Positions 47,116 to 57,866 of a DNA stretch of 64,000 nucleotides are shown here, one piece after another. Location of the stretch: assembly GCA_016193315.1 (NCBI GenBank), contig JACPSJ010000004.1, positions 1,708 through 65,707 of the forward strand. Direction: 5' to 3'. This DNA is from Candidatus Kerfeldbacteria bacterium. GTDB taxonomy: Bacteria; Patescibacteriota; Patescibacteriia; SBBC01; CAIJZX01. Within the stretch, counting starts at the first letter, position 1. Every line of letters starts with the position of its first letter. The notes beneath the pieces were generated by a model. That model was given only the letters and a program-made list of their open reading frames with translations, was not told the DNA's origin and searched no databases. The position numbers and the translations under genes are program-made.

Positions 47116-48627
47116 CTACACCTTGAATCTTGAATCCGCCACCCGCCTGGCCAACTCGACCAGCCAGCGCACCCCGGTACCGGTGGCACCCTTGGTGAGA
47201 TAATCACCTTCGATCGAGGTCATGGTGGGAGCAATATCGAGGTGGACCCACGGCGTGTGCGGATCGACAAACTGCTGGAGGAACTTGGCCCCATTGATCG
47301 CTCCGCCGTAGCGGGTCTTACTGGCATTGGCCACGTCGCCGAAGGTACCTTTGACCTCACTATCGTACTCTTCCCACATGGGCAGTGGCCAGACGTAGTC
47401 ACCGCTGGTCTCGCCGATCGCCCGCCCCTCGGCTTCGAAATCTCCGCGGTTGGTAAACATAACGATCGCTCGCTGGCCAAGCGCGACCACGGCGGCGCCG
47501 GTCAATGTCGCGACATCAACGATCATCCGGGGCTTGAAGAACTTTTGGGCGTAGGTAATGGCGTCGGCTAAGATAACTCGCCCTTCAGCGTCGGTATTGG
47601 CGATTTCGATTACTTTTCCGGACAGCGAGTGCAGCAAGTCCCCGGGACGATAACCTGATCCGGAAGGCATATTCTCAACGGCCGGCACGAGCGCCACCGC
47701 GTTGAGCGGCAGCTTGAGCTTGGCCATGGCGGTCATGGCGCCGATAGCCGCCGCTCCGCCGGACATGTCCAGATGCATGTCCGACATCGCCGGCTCGGGT
47801 TTTAAGTTCAACCCGCCAGAATCGAACGTCACGCCTTTGCCGATGATGGCCAGGGGCGGCTGGATCTTGCGACCACCGTGGTACTCGAGGATAATAAACT
47901 TCGGTTCTTCGCTGCTGCCGCGGGCCACACCCAGAATCGCACCCATGCCAAGCCTTTTCATCTGTGGCTGACTTAAGATCTTGACCGTCAGTCGGGCCTC
48001 TTTCGCCACCCGCCGAGCTTCGGCCGCCAGCATCGTTGGCGTCATCTTGCCACCGGGGGTATTGGCCAGATCGCGGCTGGCGTTGATCGATTGGCCGATC
48101 ATGAAGCCACGCCGAATCGCTGCCTCCCAGCCAGGTTTCGTTTCCCGTGCTAGGAACGTCAATCGATCGACGCTTGGCCAGCCGCCAGGCGGGGCGGTTC
48201 GCCAGCGGTGGAATTCATAATCGGCCATGGCGTAGCTGATTGTTCGTTGCTCGATGGTGGTCTCGTCCACCTCGACGCCGCGCCGGTGGATGATCGGCAT
48301 AATCATCGACCGCCAGCGGTGTTGCCGGGCGAGGCTGACCATGTGACGGGCTAGCAATCGGCCGCGGCGACCGGTCCATTCCGGCCACTTGCCCAAGCCA
48401 AGGAGTAGCGCTCCTTTTACTCGGCCGGTCGGGCTACGGAGAACATAGCTGTTACCCCAGTCCATCCGCAGATCCGGCTGGCCGAGCCGGGTCCGGATCA
48501 GATGTCGGATCGGAGTGGGGAAAGTCGACCACCAGGGGTGATCGTTCGGTTTCATGTCGGCGAAGTAGCCAAGAACCAGGACGTCAGCCGACGGCAAAAC
48601 TCCTGTTCTCTTGATCGACACCTTCAT
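47116..48627 (-). CDS. pepA: Leucyl aminopeptidase (M17)
   Basis: GKGVTFDSGG, DMSGGAA, NTDAEGR, ATLTGA, WVHLDIA. Confidence 0.96.
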   Translation of the reverse strand: MKVSIKRTGVLPSADVLVLGYFADMKPNDHPWWSTFPTPIRHLIRTRLGQPDLRMDWGNSYVLRSPTGRVKGALLLGLGKWPEWTGRRGRLLARHMVSLARQHRWRSMIMPIIHRRGVEVDETTIEQRTISYAMADYEFHRWRTAPPGGWPSVDRLTFLARETKPGWEAAIRRGFMIGQSINASRDLANTPGGKMTPTMLAAEARRVAKEARLTVKILSQPQMKRLGMGAILGVARGSSEEPKFIILEYHGGRKIQPPLAIIGKGVTFDSGGLNLKPEPAMSDMHLDMSGGAAAIGAMTAMAKLKLPLNAVALVPAVENMPSGSGYRPGDLLHSLSGKVIEIANTDAEGRVILADAITYAQKFFKPRMIVDVATLTGAAVVALGQRAIVMFTNRGDFEAEGRAIGETSGDYVWPLPMWEEYDSEVKGTFGDVANASKTRYGGAINGAKFLQQFVDPHTPWVHLDIAPTMTSIEGDYLTKGATGTGVRWLVELARRVADSRFKV

Positions 48628-48647
48628 GGCTCTAGTATACGGCCAAT

Positions 48648-49418
48648 TCAGCCACCGGGGAAGACCTGCCCGACCCCAATGATGGTCAGGATGCCGAGGA
48701 CGAGCAGACCAAGCTGGACGACCGTCTTGGCTAGGCTCTTCTCGCGGTGAATCTCTGGTACCAAGTCAGCCGCGGCAATATAAATGAACGCTCCAGCCGC
48801 CAAGGCCACCAGCGGCAACACCAGGCCATCGATCAGTCCGGCGGCGAGGAGAGTGACCATCGTCCCAACTGGGCTGACGAGAGCCCCGAAGAGATTCCAG
48901 CCAGCCACGGCCCGGCGACGCATGCCGCCGTGAATGAGGATGCCGAAATCGCCGATTTCCTGTGGCAGCTCGTGAGCCAAGACAGCGGTCGCGGTCGAAA
49001 CTCCGAGCGCTGGACTGACGAGGAAAGCGGCGGCAATAATCGTGCCATCCAGAAAGTTGTGGACCGCGTCACCGACAATGATCAGCGGCCCGAGGGCCTG
49101 GTGTTCGTGAACGTCGTCATGACGCTCGTGGCCGTGGCCATGGTGGTGCCAAAGCAGAAACTTCTCGATCAAGAAGAATAACAAAAAACCAACCAGCAGC
49201 CAGGTGAAGACGGCGCCCAATCGACCGGCACTTTCACTCACCGCCTCAGCCAGCAAATCAAAAAAAGCCGCCCCGAGCATGGCCCCGGCGGCAAAACTGA
49301 CCAGGTAGGAAGACAGCCGCTGCACGCCGCGGTATTGGGCCAGGAGCAGAAAGCCGCCGGCCAGGCCGAGCAGGCTCGACAAGGTGCTGGCGATCAGGGC
49401 TTGGATAGCTGGGCTCAT
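48648..49418 (-). CDS. ZIP family metal transporter
   Basis: His-rich loop, GDAVHNFLDG, AHELPQEIGDF. Confidence 0.94.
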   Translation of the reverse strand: MSPAIQALIASTLSSLLGLAGGFLLLAQYRGVQRLSSYLVSFAAGAMLGAAFFDLLAEAVSESAGRLGAVFTWLLVGFLLFFLIEKFLLWHHHGHGHERHDDVHEHQALGPLIIVGDAVHNFLDGTIIAAAFLVSPALGVSTATAVLAHELPQEIGDFGILIHGGMRRRAVAGWNLFGALVSPVGTMVTLLAAGLIDGLVLPLVALAAGAFIYIAAADLVPEIHREKSLAKTVVQLGLLVLGILTIIGVGQVFPGG

Positions 49419-49421
49419 GGT

Positions 49422-49961
49422 TTAGGTCACGAATCGTTTCTCCCCGGCTTCAATCCGGACGGTCAAAACATTGTCACGCGGTGGGATGGGACACGAGTAG
49501 TGTTGATTATAGGCACAGTAGGGATTGTAGGCCAAGTTAAAATCGACTTCGAGTAAGCCATCAGCGCCGGTGGCCGGCTCCAAGTAGCGCCCGGCCGGAT
49601 AGGTCTCGTCCTCGCCGGTGGCATCGCGGAAAGGCAAAAAATATCCGTGTTCATCTTTGAAGACTGACGGTTTAGCCGGTTGGTCTTGAACCGCAAAAAG
49701 AATTTTGCCGGCCCGAACGTATCGCCGTTGGCCGCTCCTCGAGTCTGAGCCTCGGAGTCGAAGACCGGTGCTTAACATCATGATCGGATCAGGCGGAACA
49801 TTTTCGTCGAGCGGCAATCGAAGCCGGAGAGCCGGGTCTTCCGGATAGTGATGCAAACCGGAAAATGAAGTTTGCTGCTCCGGAGTTAACGGCGAATCCG
49901 GGCCCCGAAAAAAATCGTCTTTCTCGTTCCGGAATGTTTGCAGGTCAGCGCCCACGCTCAA
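49422..49961 (-). CDS. DUF1684 family protein
   Basis: FLPFRDAT, TYPAGRYL, DFNLAYNPYCAYN..YSCPIPP. Confidence 0.92.
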   Translation of the reverse strand: MSVGADLQTFRNEKDDFFRGPDSPLTPEQQTSFSGLHHYPEDPALRLRLPLDENVPPDPIMMLSTGLRLRGSDSRSGQRRYVRAGKILFAVQDQPAKPSVFKDEHGYFLPFRDATGEDETYPAGRYLEPATGADGLLEVDFNLAYNPYCAYNQHYSCPIPPRDNVLTVRIEAGEKRFVT

Positions 49962-51187
49962 GCGGGAACAATTACAATCGAGTTCGGCAACCCTCGGCCG
50001 GGACCCAGGATATAACGACCATTCAAGTAGAGAGCGGTCGAACCACCGCCGTCGAGATTGAGAGCGTAGTCGAGACCGAGGCCGTCCATGGCCGCCGCCG
50101 AATCGGTGACTGTTGCCCCACGGACGATGAGCAAGAAGATGGTGTCTCCTTTCCAGCCGATGGCGCCGCGGTATGATTTGACCGTCGCCTGTTTACTATC
50201 AAGCTGGTACTGCCCGACCACATTCTGACCAGCAATGACCAGCGGTGGGCCGTTACTCAGCGCCGCCCGCAGGATCCCGCTGCCGCCCTTGGCTAACGAG
50301 TCGGCCCGGAACCCATCAAGAAACTTCTGGTAGCTGCCGAAAGTCTTTGACTGGCGGTAAAAAAATGGCCGATTGCTGGTGTCAAAGGCAAGCAGCGGCT
50401 CGACCGTATACTTGATCCGGCCGGCGTTGATCATGGTGCGGGTAAAAGAGTTGTAGACCGGCGCAAAATAGTGACCGGTTTGCCCGACGCAACTGGCATA
50501 TTCGGCCGGGCAGAAGTAGGTGCCGTGGATGCCAGCGATGCCGGCCCGCCGGCCGACATAGGTCGACAACGAGTAGACCGGACAGTTGTTCGCGCAATCC
50601 CCGTTGGTGGCAGTATCAGTCATCAGTTTGACCGCCGGGTTCTTGCGGTCGAACGTCAAGTAGTCAACCAGAAACGTGCCGCGGCTGGTGGCGACGTTCT
50701 TCTGGCCGAGGGCGACGCCGCTATCGACCGGAATCTGGCTTAGGTTGGCGTTAGTGATGCCCAATCCCAACCGCCGCATTAAGGTAAAAGCGTCCGCCGG
50801 GCGTCCGAGGAAGTAGCGCTGCTGGGTCTTGGGATAGACGTACCACGCTTCGCCGTTCCGTTCGACTTGGATTAGGATCCGGCCGGCCAGACGTCGACGA
50901 AGCGCCAGGTCGCCTTCTGACGCGCTGCCGGCCACCGGGATTTTGGCCAGGTTGGCGTCGGAAATTCCCAGTCCCAGTCGACGCATGATATCAAAAGCAT
51001 CCGCGGGACGACTGAGGAAAAACCGGGTCAGCGTCACCGGATGGACGTACCACGCCTCGCCGTTCCGTTCGACCTGGATCAGAATGTAACCTGATACGCG
51101 TTCGGCCACCGTCGCCAAGGACCCGGTGTTTGGCCAGAGCAGAGCCAACCAGATGATAGCCGCGATGGTAACAGAAATCTTACGCAT
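49958..51187 (-). CDS. Phosphodiester glycosidase (NAGPA-like) protein with two QVERNGEAWYV repeats
   Basis: Signal peptide, GPPLV, ALNLDGGGSTAL; start 51187 or 51199. Confidence 0.85.
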   Translation of the reverse strand: MRKISVTIAAIIWLALLWPNTGSLATVAERVSGYILIQVERNGEAWYVHPVTLTRFFLSRPADAFDIMRRLGLGISDANLAKIPVAGSASEGDLALRRRLAGRILIQVERNGEAWYVYPKTQQRYFLGRPADAFTLMRRLGLGITNANLSQIPVDSGVALGQKNVATSRGTFLVDYLTFDRKNPAVKLMTDTATNGDCANNCPVYSLSTYVGRRAGIAGIHGTYFCPAEYASCVGQTGHYFAPVYNSFTRTMINAGRIKYTVEPLLAFDTSNRPFFYRQSKTFGSYQKFLDGFRADSLAKGGSGILRAALSNGPPLVIAGQNVVGQYQLDSKQATVKSYRGAIGWKGDTIFLLIVRGATVTDSAAAMDGLGLDYALNLDGGGSTALYLNGRYILGPGRGLPNSIVIVPA

Positions 51188-51240
51188 CGATATTGCCATT
51201 ATACCATAGGCCGCCGAGACGGCTGCACGTGCGACCGCTC

Positions 51241-51753
51241 TCAAAAAATACTGATAATGACCAGGATGCCGAAGGCATTGGCCAAAAACGACAGGCCGAG
51301 AAAACGCGCGGGCGTGACATCCGAGAAGCCAAACCATCCAGCTGCCAGTTCATCGGGTAACGGCGAGGCCACAATCAGAATCCCCAGCCCATAGCGCATC
51401 CAGCGCGGCAGGTGCTCTCGATGTGGCATCCGTTCAACCAGGGCCTGGATGAAGTGCCAATGGATGCTCTGGCGGAAAACGGTAAAGGCCAGCAGGTCAT
51501 ACAAAGCGGCCCCCATCCCACCGATCAATGTCACTGCCAAAGGATTGAGTGATTCTGGTAATTGAGCAAAAATCACGGACGCGAGCGGCGAGGTCAGACT
51601 TAATCCATACAAAATGCCGCTAACAAATGCAGCTACGTACCCGGATCGTTCGACGTCGGTCACCAGCTCCCGGAGCGGGGGTACGCTGATAATCAAAGCT
51701 GCCCCGACGACGCCGATCGCGAAACCGAGCCAGCCGACGTTATGACGACTCAT
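51241..51753 (-). CDS. Hypothetical membrane protein (SPLPDE motif)
   Basis: Multiple TM helices; paralog at 59285-59815. Confidence 0.75.
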   Translation of the reverse strand: MSRHNVGWLGFAIGVVGAALIISVPPLRELVTDVERSGYVAAFVSGILYGLSLTSPLASVIFAQLPESLNPLAVTLIGGMGAALYDLLAFTVFRQSIHWHFIQALVERMPHREHLPRWMRYGLGILIVASPLPDELAAGWFGFSDVTPARFLGLSFLANAFGILVIISIF

Positions 51754-52796
51754 GTTTTGACTTCGACGCTCTGGCCTTGGACGCGGACTTGATAGACTGG
51801 TTGCGGATCGAGCGCGGGGCCGCGCAGCACGGCTCCAGTCTGGACGTTGAATCGTGATCCGTGCAGCGGGCACTCAACGACGCTGCCTTCTACAAATCCT
51901 TCACATAGGGGGCCTGCGGCGTGGTTACAACGGTTATCGAGCGCAAAGACTTCGTTCCCGAGCCGAAACAGAGCTAGCTGTTTGCCGTTGACCGTCGCGC
52001 AAAACGGTTTCCCGTCGGCCAGTTGATCAAGTGCGGCCACGCGAACAAAGCCCGCTTCACTACTTGCGGCGCTGGTTTGGTGGATCGGCACAGGCGGCTC
52101 AGTCACGGGTTGAGGAATCGACGGTTCAACCACGCGCTCAGCTCGTTGGCGGGCTCCGGTCAGACGCAGGAAGGTCGCGACGATCGCCGATACTCCGAAC
52201 ACCAACCACAACCACCGCAAATTCGTGCCTTGAACATCGCTGCCGATGTTCCATGAGTGCAGCCAAACGAGAGCAAAAACTAGGTAATTGAGAACGTGGA
52301 CCCTCCGCCACCACCGCTTGACGGACACCAATTTTCGCAGCAGCGCCGCGCCGACCGTCATGTACAACAACGCCAGAGCCGTATACCCCAGCCAGATGTA
52401 CTTGACGTTTTCCGGGGCCACGAAATCCCGTCGTAAATAACTTTGGATGCCCACGCCTACAAATAACAGCGCGGGGTGAGTGGTGGCGAATAGCAAAACG
52501 AAGATGCCTTGCCAGCGATGGTAGCGCTCAATACCGGTGTAAATTCGCCGCAGGTGGGGCATCAGCGAACCGATCATCAACTGCATCCAGAGCAAGGTAA
52601 AGGCGTACAGGCCGAACAATGGAAACATCAATTTCGACCAGGTCTTCGCGTCGGCTCCGGATAAGAATGACGCCCCGCCGCGGAGGCTAAAAAACATCTG
52701 GCCTGGCAGCCATAGCAAGAAAATGGCTGCCAATGGCAAGAGCCAACTGCCAAGTGTGATCATGACTGACCGCTGGTTTGATTGTTTTTCAGTCAT
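51750..52796 (-). CDS. Ferric-reductase-like TM domain fused to a Rieske [2Fe-2S] domain
   Basis: His-bearing TM helices (YHRWQG, TTHP, WRRVH, WLHS); CNHAAG...CPLHGSRF. Confidence 0.9.
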   Translation of the reverse strand: MTEKQSNQRSVMITLGSWLLPLAAIFLLWLPGQMFFSLRGGASFLSGADAKTWSKLMFPLFGLYAFTLLWMQLMIGSLMPHLRRIYTGIERYHRWQGIFVLLFATTHPALLFVGVGIQSYLRRDFVAPENVKYIWLGYTALALLYMTVGAALLRKLVSVKRWWRRVHVLNYLVFALVWLHSWNIGSDVQGTNLRWLWLVFGVSAIVATFLRLTGARQRAERVVEPSIPQPVTEPPVPIHQTSAASSEAGFVRVAALDQLADGKPFCATVNGKQLALFRLGNEVFALDNRCNHAAGPLCEGFVEGSVVECPLHGSRFNVQTGAVLRGPALDPQPVYQVRVQGQSVEVKT

Positions 52797-52885
52797 CTAT
52801 AATGATAGCCTATGGGAAACCACGGAGGACCGCAACTAGGGCTTGCTCTATACAAATCGAGAATCAAAAAAGAGTGATCCGCAGA

Positions 52886-53458
52886 TCACCCGTTGGTATC
52901 ACCACCCAATCGCGGCTCGCCCTCGGTCAGTTCGTCGGGTGCCGGCTGGCCGGTTATGAAAGACGCGAGTTGGGCGCCCCAGTGCACCCCGACGACCCCG
53001 GCGACATTGCCGACCAGATGGAGTCGATACGAGCTTTGCTCACCGTACAGTCTGAAGAACGGCTCGAGGTCTGACGGCCGGAAGGAGGCTTCGGCCAAGG
53101 TGACGAACTCGATCGTCTCGTCCCTGATGCGGTTGGCCAAATGCCGGCCAATCATTGCCGGCACCATGGTGGCCAGGAGATCGATTGCTACCGGCTTCAG
53201 CTGAAACAAAACCACGACGTCCGTCTCGTCCCCGGTCAGGTCAATGTATACCTCTGGAAAATGGCGGCGCTGCTCCATCTCCCCAGCCACCGCCAGCATC
53301 GTCGGCAGGACATCGCTGGCATAGGTCAAGTCGATCGCTGGATATGGCGCCCGAGTCCGCCGGTTGATGCCGACGCCAACTTGGATGTGGTCAACGACGG
53401 CGTTGCAGATTACCCGAACCCCATGGCCGGGCTGCCCGTGCTTGAAAAGGACATGCAA
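52886..53458 (-). CDS. Hypothetical protein
   Basis: AGGAGGTG RBS before TTG 53458. Confidence 0.65.
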   Translation of the reverse strand: MHVLFKHGQPGHGVRVICNAVVDHIQVGVGINRRTRAPYPAIDLTYASDVLPTMLAVAGEMEQRRHFPEVYIDLTGDETDVVVLFQLKPVAIDLLATMVPAMIGRHLANRIRDETIEFVTLAEASFRPSDLEPFFRLYGEQSSYRLHLVGNVAGVVGVHWGAQLASFITGQPAPDELTEGEPRLGGDTNG

Positions 53459-53625
53459 GATTTCACCTCCTTGCCGAAGGTCCGGTTCTGAAGATGCACA
53501 CTCGCTTGAGGTACAGCGCTCCAGCCTAACCCTCAGCCACGGTGAATGTCAAGCCTGAAGTGCATCGCAGTCGCCATTGGTCAACTTCCACCAGACAGAG
53601 CCAAGCGGCATGTTATAGTGGATTA

Positions 53626-54375
53626 ATGAGAGTCAAAACAACGACCGCCCTAGTTGGCCTAGTGGCCGTCGTTACCGCGACCGTCGTCATCTGGCAATAC
53701 GCCAGGCCGCGAATAGCCAATCAGAACCGTCCTTTATTGAATACCAACCGTGTCGTCAATTCATCAACCCCTGCTGCCACCAACCACAACGCCCCACCCA
53801 CCAATTCGGCTCGATCAAATGCAAACCGCAACATGAATACAGTGCAGGAAGCTGAGAAACCAACAATCGTTGTTCCGATCCGCGGTTTCTTCAACCGCAT
53901 TACCAAGAAACCATTCGGGGTCTACATCACGCCGAAAAATTCGCCGGTCCAGCCGGAGCGGTTCACTGGTTATCACACCGGCGCTGATGCTGAAACGACA
54001 CCTGACGAACAAAGCGTCGATCTACCAATCTACTCCGTGGCCTCCGGCACCGTTGTTTTCGCCGGCCCCGTCAACGGCTATGGCGGCGTGGTCATGATTC
54101 GGCATGAGGTTGAAGGTCAAACCTTGACTGCGCTTTACGGTCATGTCCGGATTTCATCGATCAGCGTGGCGGTCAATCAAGCAGTCAAAGCCGGCCAGCA
54201 GATCGCCGTTCTTGGGACCGGATTCGGTTCGGAAACCGACGGCGAACGCAAACATCTGCACTTCGGGCTGATCAAGGACGCGACCATCAACTTCCGCGGC
54301 TATGTCAGCCAGCAAAGTCAGTTGTCGGTCTGGTGGGATCCGGCAGCGTGGTTGAAGGATCAGGGAGCGAAATAG
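53626..54375 (+). CDS. M23 family peptidase
   Basis: N-terminal TM, YHTGAD, ALYGH, HLHFG. Confidence 0.92.
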   Translation: MRVKTTTALVGLVAVVTATVVIWQYARPRIANQNRPLLNTNRVVNSSTPAATNHNAPPTNSARSNANRNMNTVQEAEKPTIVVPIRGFFNRITKKPFGVYITPKNSPVQPERFTGYHTGADAETTPDEQSVDLPIYSVASGTVVFAGPVNGYGGVVMIRHEVEGQTLTALYGHVRISSISVAVNQAVKAGQQIAVLGTGFGSETDGERKHLHFGLIKDATINFRGYVSQQSQLSVWWDPAAWLKDQGAK

Positions 54376-54531
54376 CGTGGCCCGCGCGCCCTTGTGGTGC
54401 CGGGGACGGCCCGCCTGCCTTCGCCTGGGGCGACATGCCAGTAATGACTTCGTCATTGCGAAGTCAGGCGGGAGCCCTAGCGGGCAGGCCGGAGTTCATC
54501 CCGCCGAACCCGTCCTGAGCCGGCTAGGTAT

Positions 54532-54596
54532 TAGAACCCATCCTAAAAATCCATTCCGGCGCGGCGGCTCGAAAGCGATTTTTAGGATGGGTTCTA
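54532..54596. mobile_element. Miniature inverted-repeat element (20-bp perfect IR)
   Basis: tagaacccatcctaaaaatc / gatttttaggatgggttcta. Confidence 0.6.
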
Positions 54597-54640
54597 GTGA
54601 TGTATGGCCAGGCTGGCGCAATGAGCTTTTCTCCGTGTGA

Positions 54641-54925
54641 CACAAGAGCGCGATTGTATTATTGGTCGCATGGTGGGAGTACTTCGTGAAGAATCTAACT
54701 GAACAGTCATTTCGCATTCTGCTTAAAGTCAGAGCGTCGCACGACGCGATACCAAATAAAGTCATGGTCCTAGCCCCAAAGACGCTTCGTGATGATCCAG
54801 ACCGATCAAAGATTTGGGATCTTGCGAGCGATGGGTTGAGAAAAGTACTAAAAGTTCACAAGAAGGATGTGTTGTTAAAACACGTCGATGCCTTGGTTGA
54901 ACGTAGGAATCGGAAAAAGATTTAA
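54641..54925 (+). pseudogene. AT-rich gene fragment, possibly HEPN-type
   Basis: HKSAIVLLVAWWEYFVKNL directly after an in-frame TGA; no convincing start. Confidence 0.35.
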
Positions 54926-55124
54926 ATAGGTACCCAAAAACAAGTAGCACGGCCCTAGTTCGAATCCTACTCCCAGGCCACTTGCACTGACAAGATTCGC
55001 GAATAAATCGGGTGTCTTGTCTTTCTTGGCTTAGGACTGGCTTTTCTGCTGACCTTGAGGCAGCTCGAAGTGGGGTCCCCGTAACTGTGGGACCCACCCC
55101 CCACCAGAACAGACTCGTGTCCAG

Positions 55125-57866
55125 TTACCGTTTCAAAATCTCCCCTAAGCGCTTGATGGCTTCGCCGTAGGCCGCCCAGTTTCCTTCCCGTTGCGCGCGC
55201 AGCGCTTCTTCATAGACTTCGCTCGCCCTTTTCGTCAGCTCTTGAAGATCTTGGGTCGGTACCGACGGCGCGACGGCCGCCGGTCTTTTTTGATCCTCCG
55301 GCTTGGCGACCGCTCCGAACAGTTTTGCCAAGCCCATTTCTAGTGTTTCCTCCATGGCGATTCTGTTTTCATACGCAACAATCACCCGTTTCAACTCAGG
55401 AATTTTTCCGGCTTCGGCTTTCAGGTAGAGCGGCCGGACATACAGCAGGGATTCCTCGATGGGGATGACGAGCAGCGGTCCTTGGATGACCTGTGATCCG
55501 CCTTGGTCCCAGAGTGAAATCTGTCGGCTAATGTCCGGATCTTGGTTGATGCGACCAATAACCTGTTTCGGCCCGAACACCAGCTTGTCTTTTGGAAAAC
55601 GGTAGATCATCACTTTGCCGTAGTTGGCGCCGTCGCTACGGGCAACCATCCAGGCGGACAGGTTGTCTTTGCCCCGCGGTGTGAATGGAAGCATCAAGAT
55701 GAATTCTTCCTGTTTCTCGCCGGGCAATTTCATAATAATATGCCGGGGCGACATGCCAGCCACGGAACTGGCCGACGTTCCTTCACCTTCCGACGGAATA
55801 GCCGGAATATCCCACTGGTCTTCTTTGTTGTAGAACACCTGCGGATCGTCCATCTGGTAGGTCGAGTACATCGCCGTCTGTAAAGTAAAGATGTCTTCCG
55901 GATAGCGCAGGTGCGGCACCAATCCCACCGGCATCTCGGCCAGCGGGCGGAAGGCGTGGGGGTAGATCTTGGCGTAGGTAGTCAAGATGGGATCTTGGGC
56001 GTCCGCCTGGTAGAACGTTACGCTGCCGTGGTAGGCGTCGACCACCACCTTGACGGAGTTCCGGATGTAATTGACGCTCCGTCCGTTCAACAGCGACGGC
56101 TGGGCATACGGGTAGCGATTGCTCGTCGTGTAGGCGTCGGCAATCCAGTACACCTGGCCGTTAGAAATGACGATGTACGGATCTTGGTCAAAGATCAGGA
56201 ACGGCGCGATCTTCGCCACCCGCTCCCGAATCGTGCGGTAGTAAAGAATGCGACTGGCGCTGGTCACATCATTAGACAAGAGGAGCTTCAGCGATTGAAA
56301 TCGCAGCGCGAACATCGCCCGCTTGAGGAAGGAGTTGATCTCGACGCCGCCCTTGCCAGCGTAGGTCGCGTAGACGTTTTCCTCACCCCTGGGGTAATCG
56401 AACTCGCGCGATTTCGTTTTCGCGATGACGTAGTCGTTCGCCAACGCGCCGTAGTAGATCTCCGGGCGCGTCACCTCCAGCTCTTTGACGTCCGATTTGG
56501 GCGGTACATCCTTGACGAACAAGACGGGCAATCCTTCCGGCGTGACCTGATTGACCGGACCGGCCGCCACGCCGTACCCGTGCGTGAAGGTTAGCCGTTC
56601 GTTGATCCAATTCTTGTTCGGCAAGCTGTCCGACGCCAACTCGCGCGGCGATAGCATGATTTGGCGGATCTTCCCGTCAATCACGTAACGGTCATTATCG
56701 ACCTCGGTGAATTCGTAGTAGGTTCGAATTTCCTGAATCTGCGAAAAGGTTGAGAGCAGCGGCTGCCGATCCCAGAGACGGACGTTCTTGATCGTCAGAT
56801 CGTTCGCCAAGATATCCGCCGCGATGATCGGCTTGTCTCCCGAAATATCCCGCTCTTCGATTGCGTCTAGGGCATATGCCCGACGCGTGGCAGCAATATT
56901 CCGCTTAATGTAAGGGGTTTCCTTGACCAGCTCATTCGGGTCGACCATAAGTTTTTGGACCGCCAGCGGGACCAGCGCAGAGGCGATACCGACGACCAGG
57001 TACAATCCGATGGCCGCGATCAGCGGTGTCGCCTTTCCCCGCGCCGCCCAGACCGCAGCCGCGACTGCCGCCAGGACGGCGGTTGTGACCGATGCCCACA
57101 GCATCGGTATTCGAACCGTCACGTCCGTGAACACAGCTCCGGCCACCGGGCCGGTTTGATTCATGACTAACCGAAAGAGCGACAAATACGCTCCAGCGGC
57201 GACCGTTATCATGAATAATGCTAGCAAGACACCGAGATGGGTTTTCGCCCGCTCCTCCGGCTTTAATTGTTTGAGCGCTCGCAGCCCCCGGAAGTTCAGC
57301 ATGCCCCGCGAGACGTAGATCACGACGCAGCCAATCGTGGTCAGCACAATCAGCGCCTTGATCAGACCTAGCCCCAACTGCCAGATGGGCAATGTGAATA
57401 TATAAAAGCTGATATCCTTATTGAAGACCGGATCGGCTGCCCCAAAATCGGTCTGCGCGAAATAATTAAGCACCGCCTGCCAGTTCCCGGCGGCCACCAG
57501 ACCAAAAATGAGCGCGATCGCGGCACCGACGACCGCCATGAACTTTCTGACCACGCGATGATCTAGGTTTACTAGCTTGCCGAACAACGCCGCGGGCATG
57601 GTGATGGTCCACGGAATGGCTGAGCCCATCGCCAAAGAAAAATTGACGAGCAGCCAAACGGCGGCCACGACTGCTACGCCCGCCGTCAGCAATATTTTTG
57701 CGACCAGGGATTTAATAAAAATCTGGGTATACCCGACTTCGGAGAACCACCACCAGTCAGTCACCATCGAGATCGCGTTCGAAAAAACTACCAGAACAAT
57801 GAACGCGACAAGAATGAACTTCCGGATAGGGAACTTTTTTCTGGTCACGGGATTCAATGCGGCCAT
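55125..57866 (-). CDS. UPF0182 family membrane protein
   Basis: TDWWWFSEVGY, DPVFNKDISFY, NVRLWD, FTHGYG, NYIRNSVK, IPELKRVIV. Confidence 0.95.
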   Translation of the reverse strand: MAALNPVTRKKFPIRKFILVAFIVLVVFSNAISMVTDWWWFSEVGYTQIFIKSLVAKILLTAGVAVVAAVWLLVNFSLAMGSAIPWTITMPAALFGKLVNLDHRVVRKFMAVVGAAIALIFGLVAAGNWQAVLNYFAQTDFGAADPVFNKDISFYIFTLPIWQLGLGLIKALIVLTTIGCVVIYVSRGMLNFRGLRALKQLKPEERAKTHLGVLLALFMITVAAGAYLSLFRLVMNQTGPVAGAVFTDVTVRIPMLWASVTTAVLAAVAAAVWAARGKATPLIAAIGLYLVVGIASALVPLAVQKLMVDPNELVKETPYIKRNIAATRRAYALDAIEERDISGDKPIIAADILANDLTIKNVRLWDRQPLLSTFSQIQEIRTYYEFTEVDNDRYVIDGKIRQIMLSPRELASDSLPNKNWINERLTFTHGYGVAAGPVNQVTPEGLPVLFVKDVPPKSDVKELEVTRPEIYYGALANDYVIAKTKSREFDYPRGEENVYATYAGKGGVEINSFLKRAMFALRFQSLKLLLSNDVTSASRILYYRTIRERVAKIAPFLIFDQDPYIVISNGQVYWIADAYTTSNRYPYAQPSLLNGRSVNYIRNSVKVVVDAYHGSVTFYQADAQDPILTTYAKIYPHAFRPLAEMPVGLVPHLRYPEDIFTLQTAMYSTYQMDDPQVFYNKEDQWDIPAIPSEGEGTSASSVAGMSPRHIIMKLPGEKQEEFILMLPFTPRGKDNLSAWMVARSDGANYGKVMIYRFPKDKLVFGPKQVIGRINQDPDISRQISLWDQGGSQVIQGPLLVIPIEESLLYVRPLYLKAEAGKIPELKRVIVAYENRIAMEETLEMGLAKLFGAVAKPEDQKRPAAVAPSVPTQDLQELTKRASEVYEEALRAQREGNWAAYGEAIKRLGEILKR

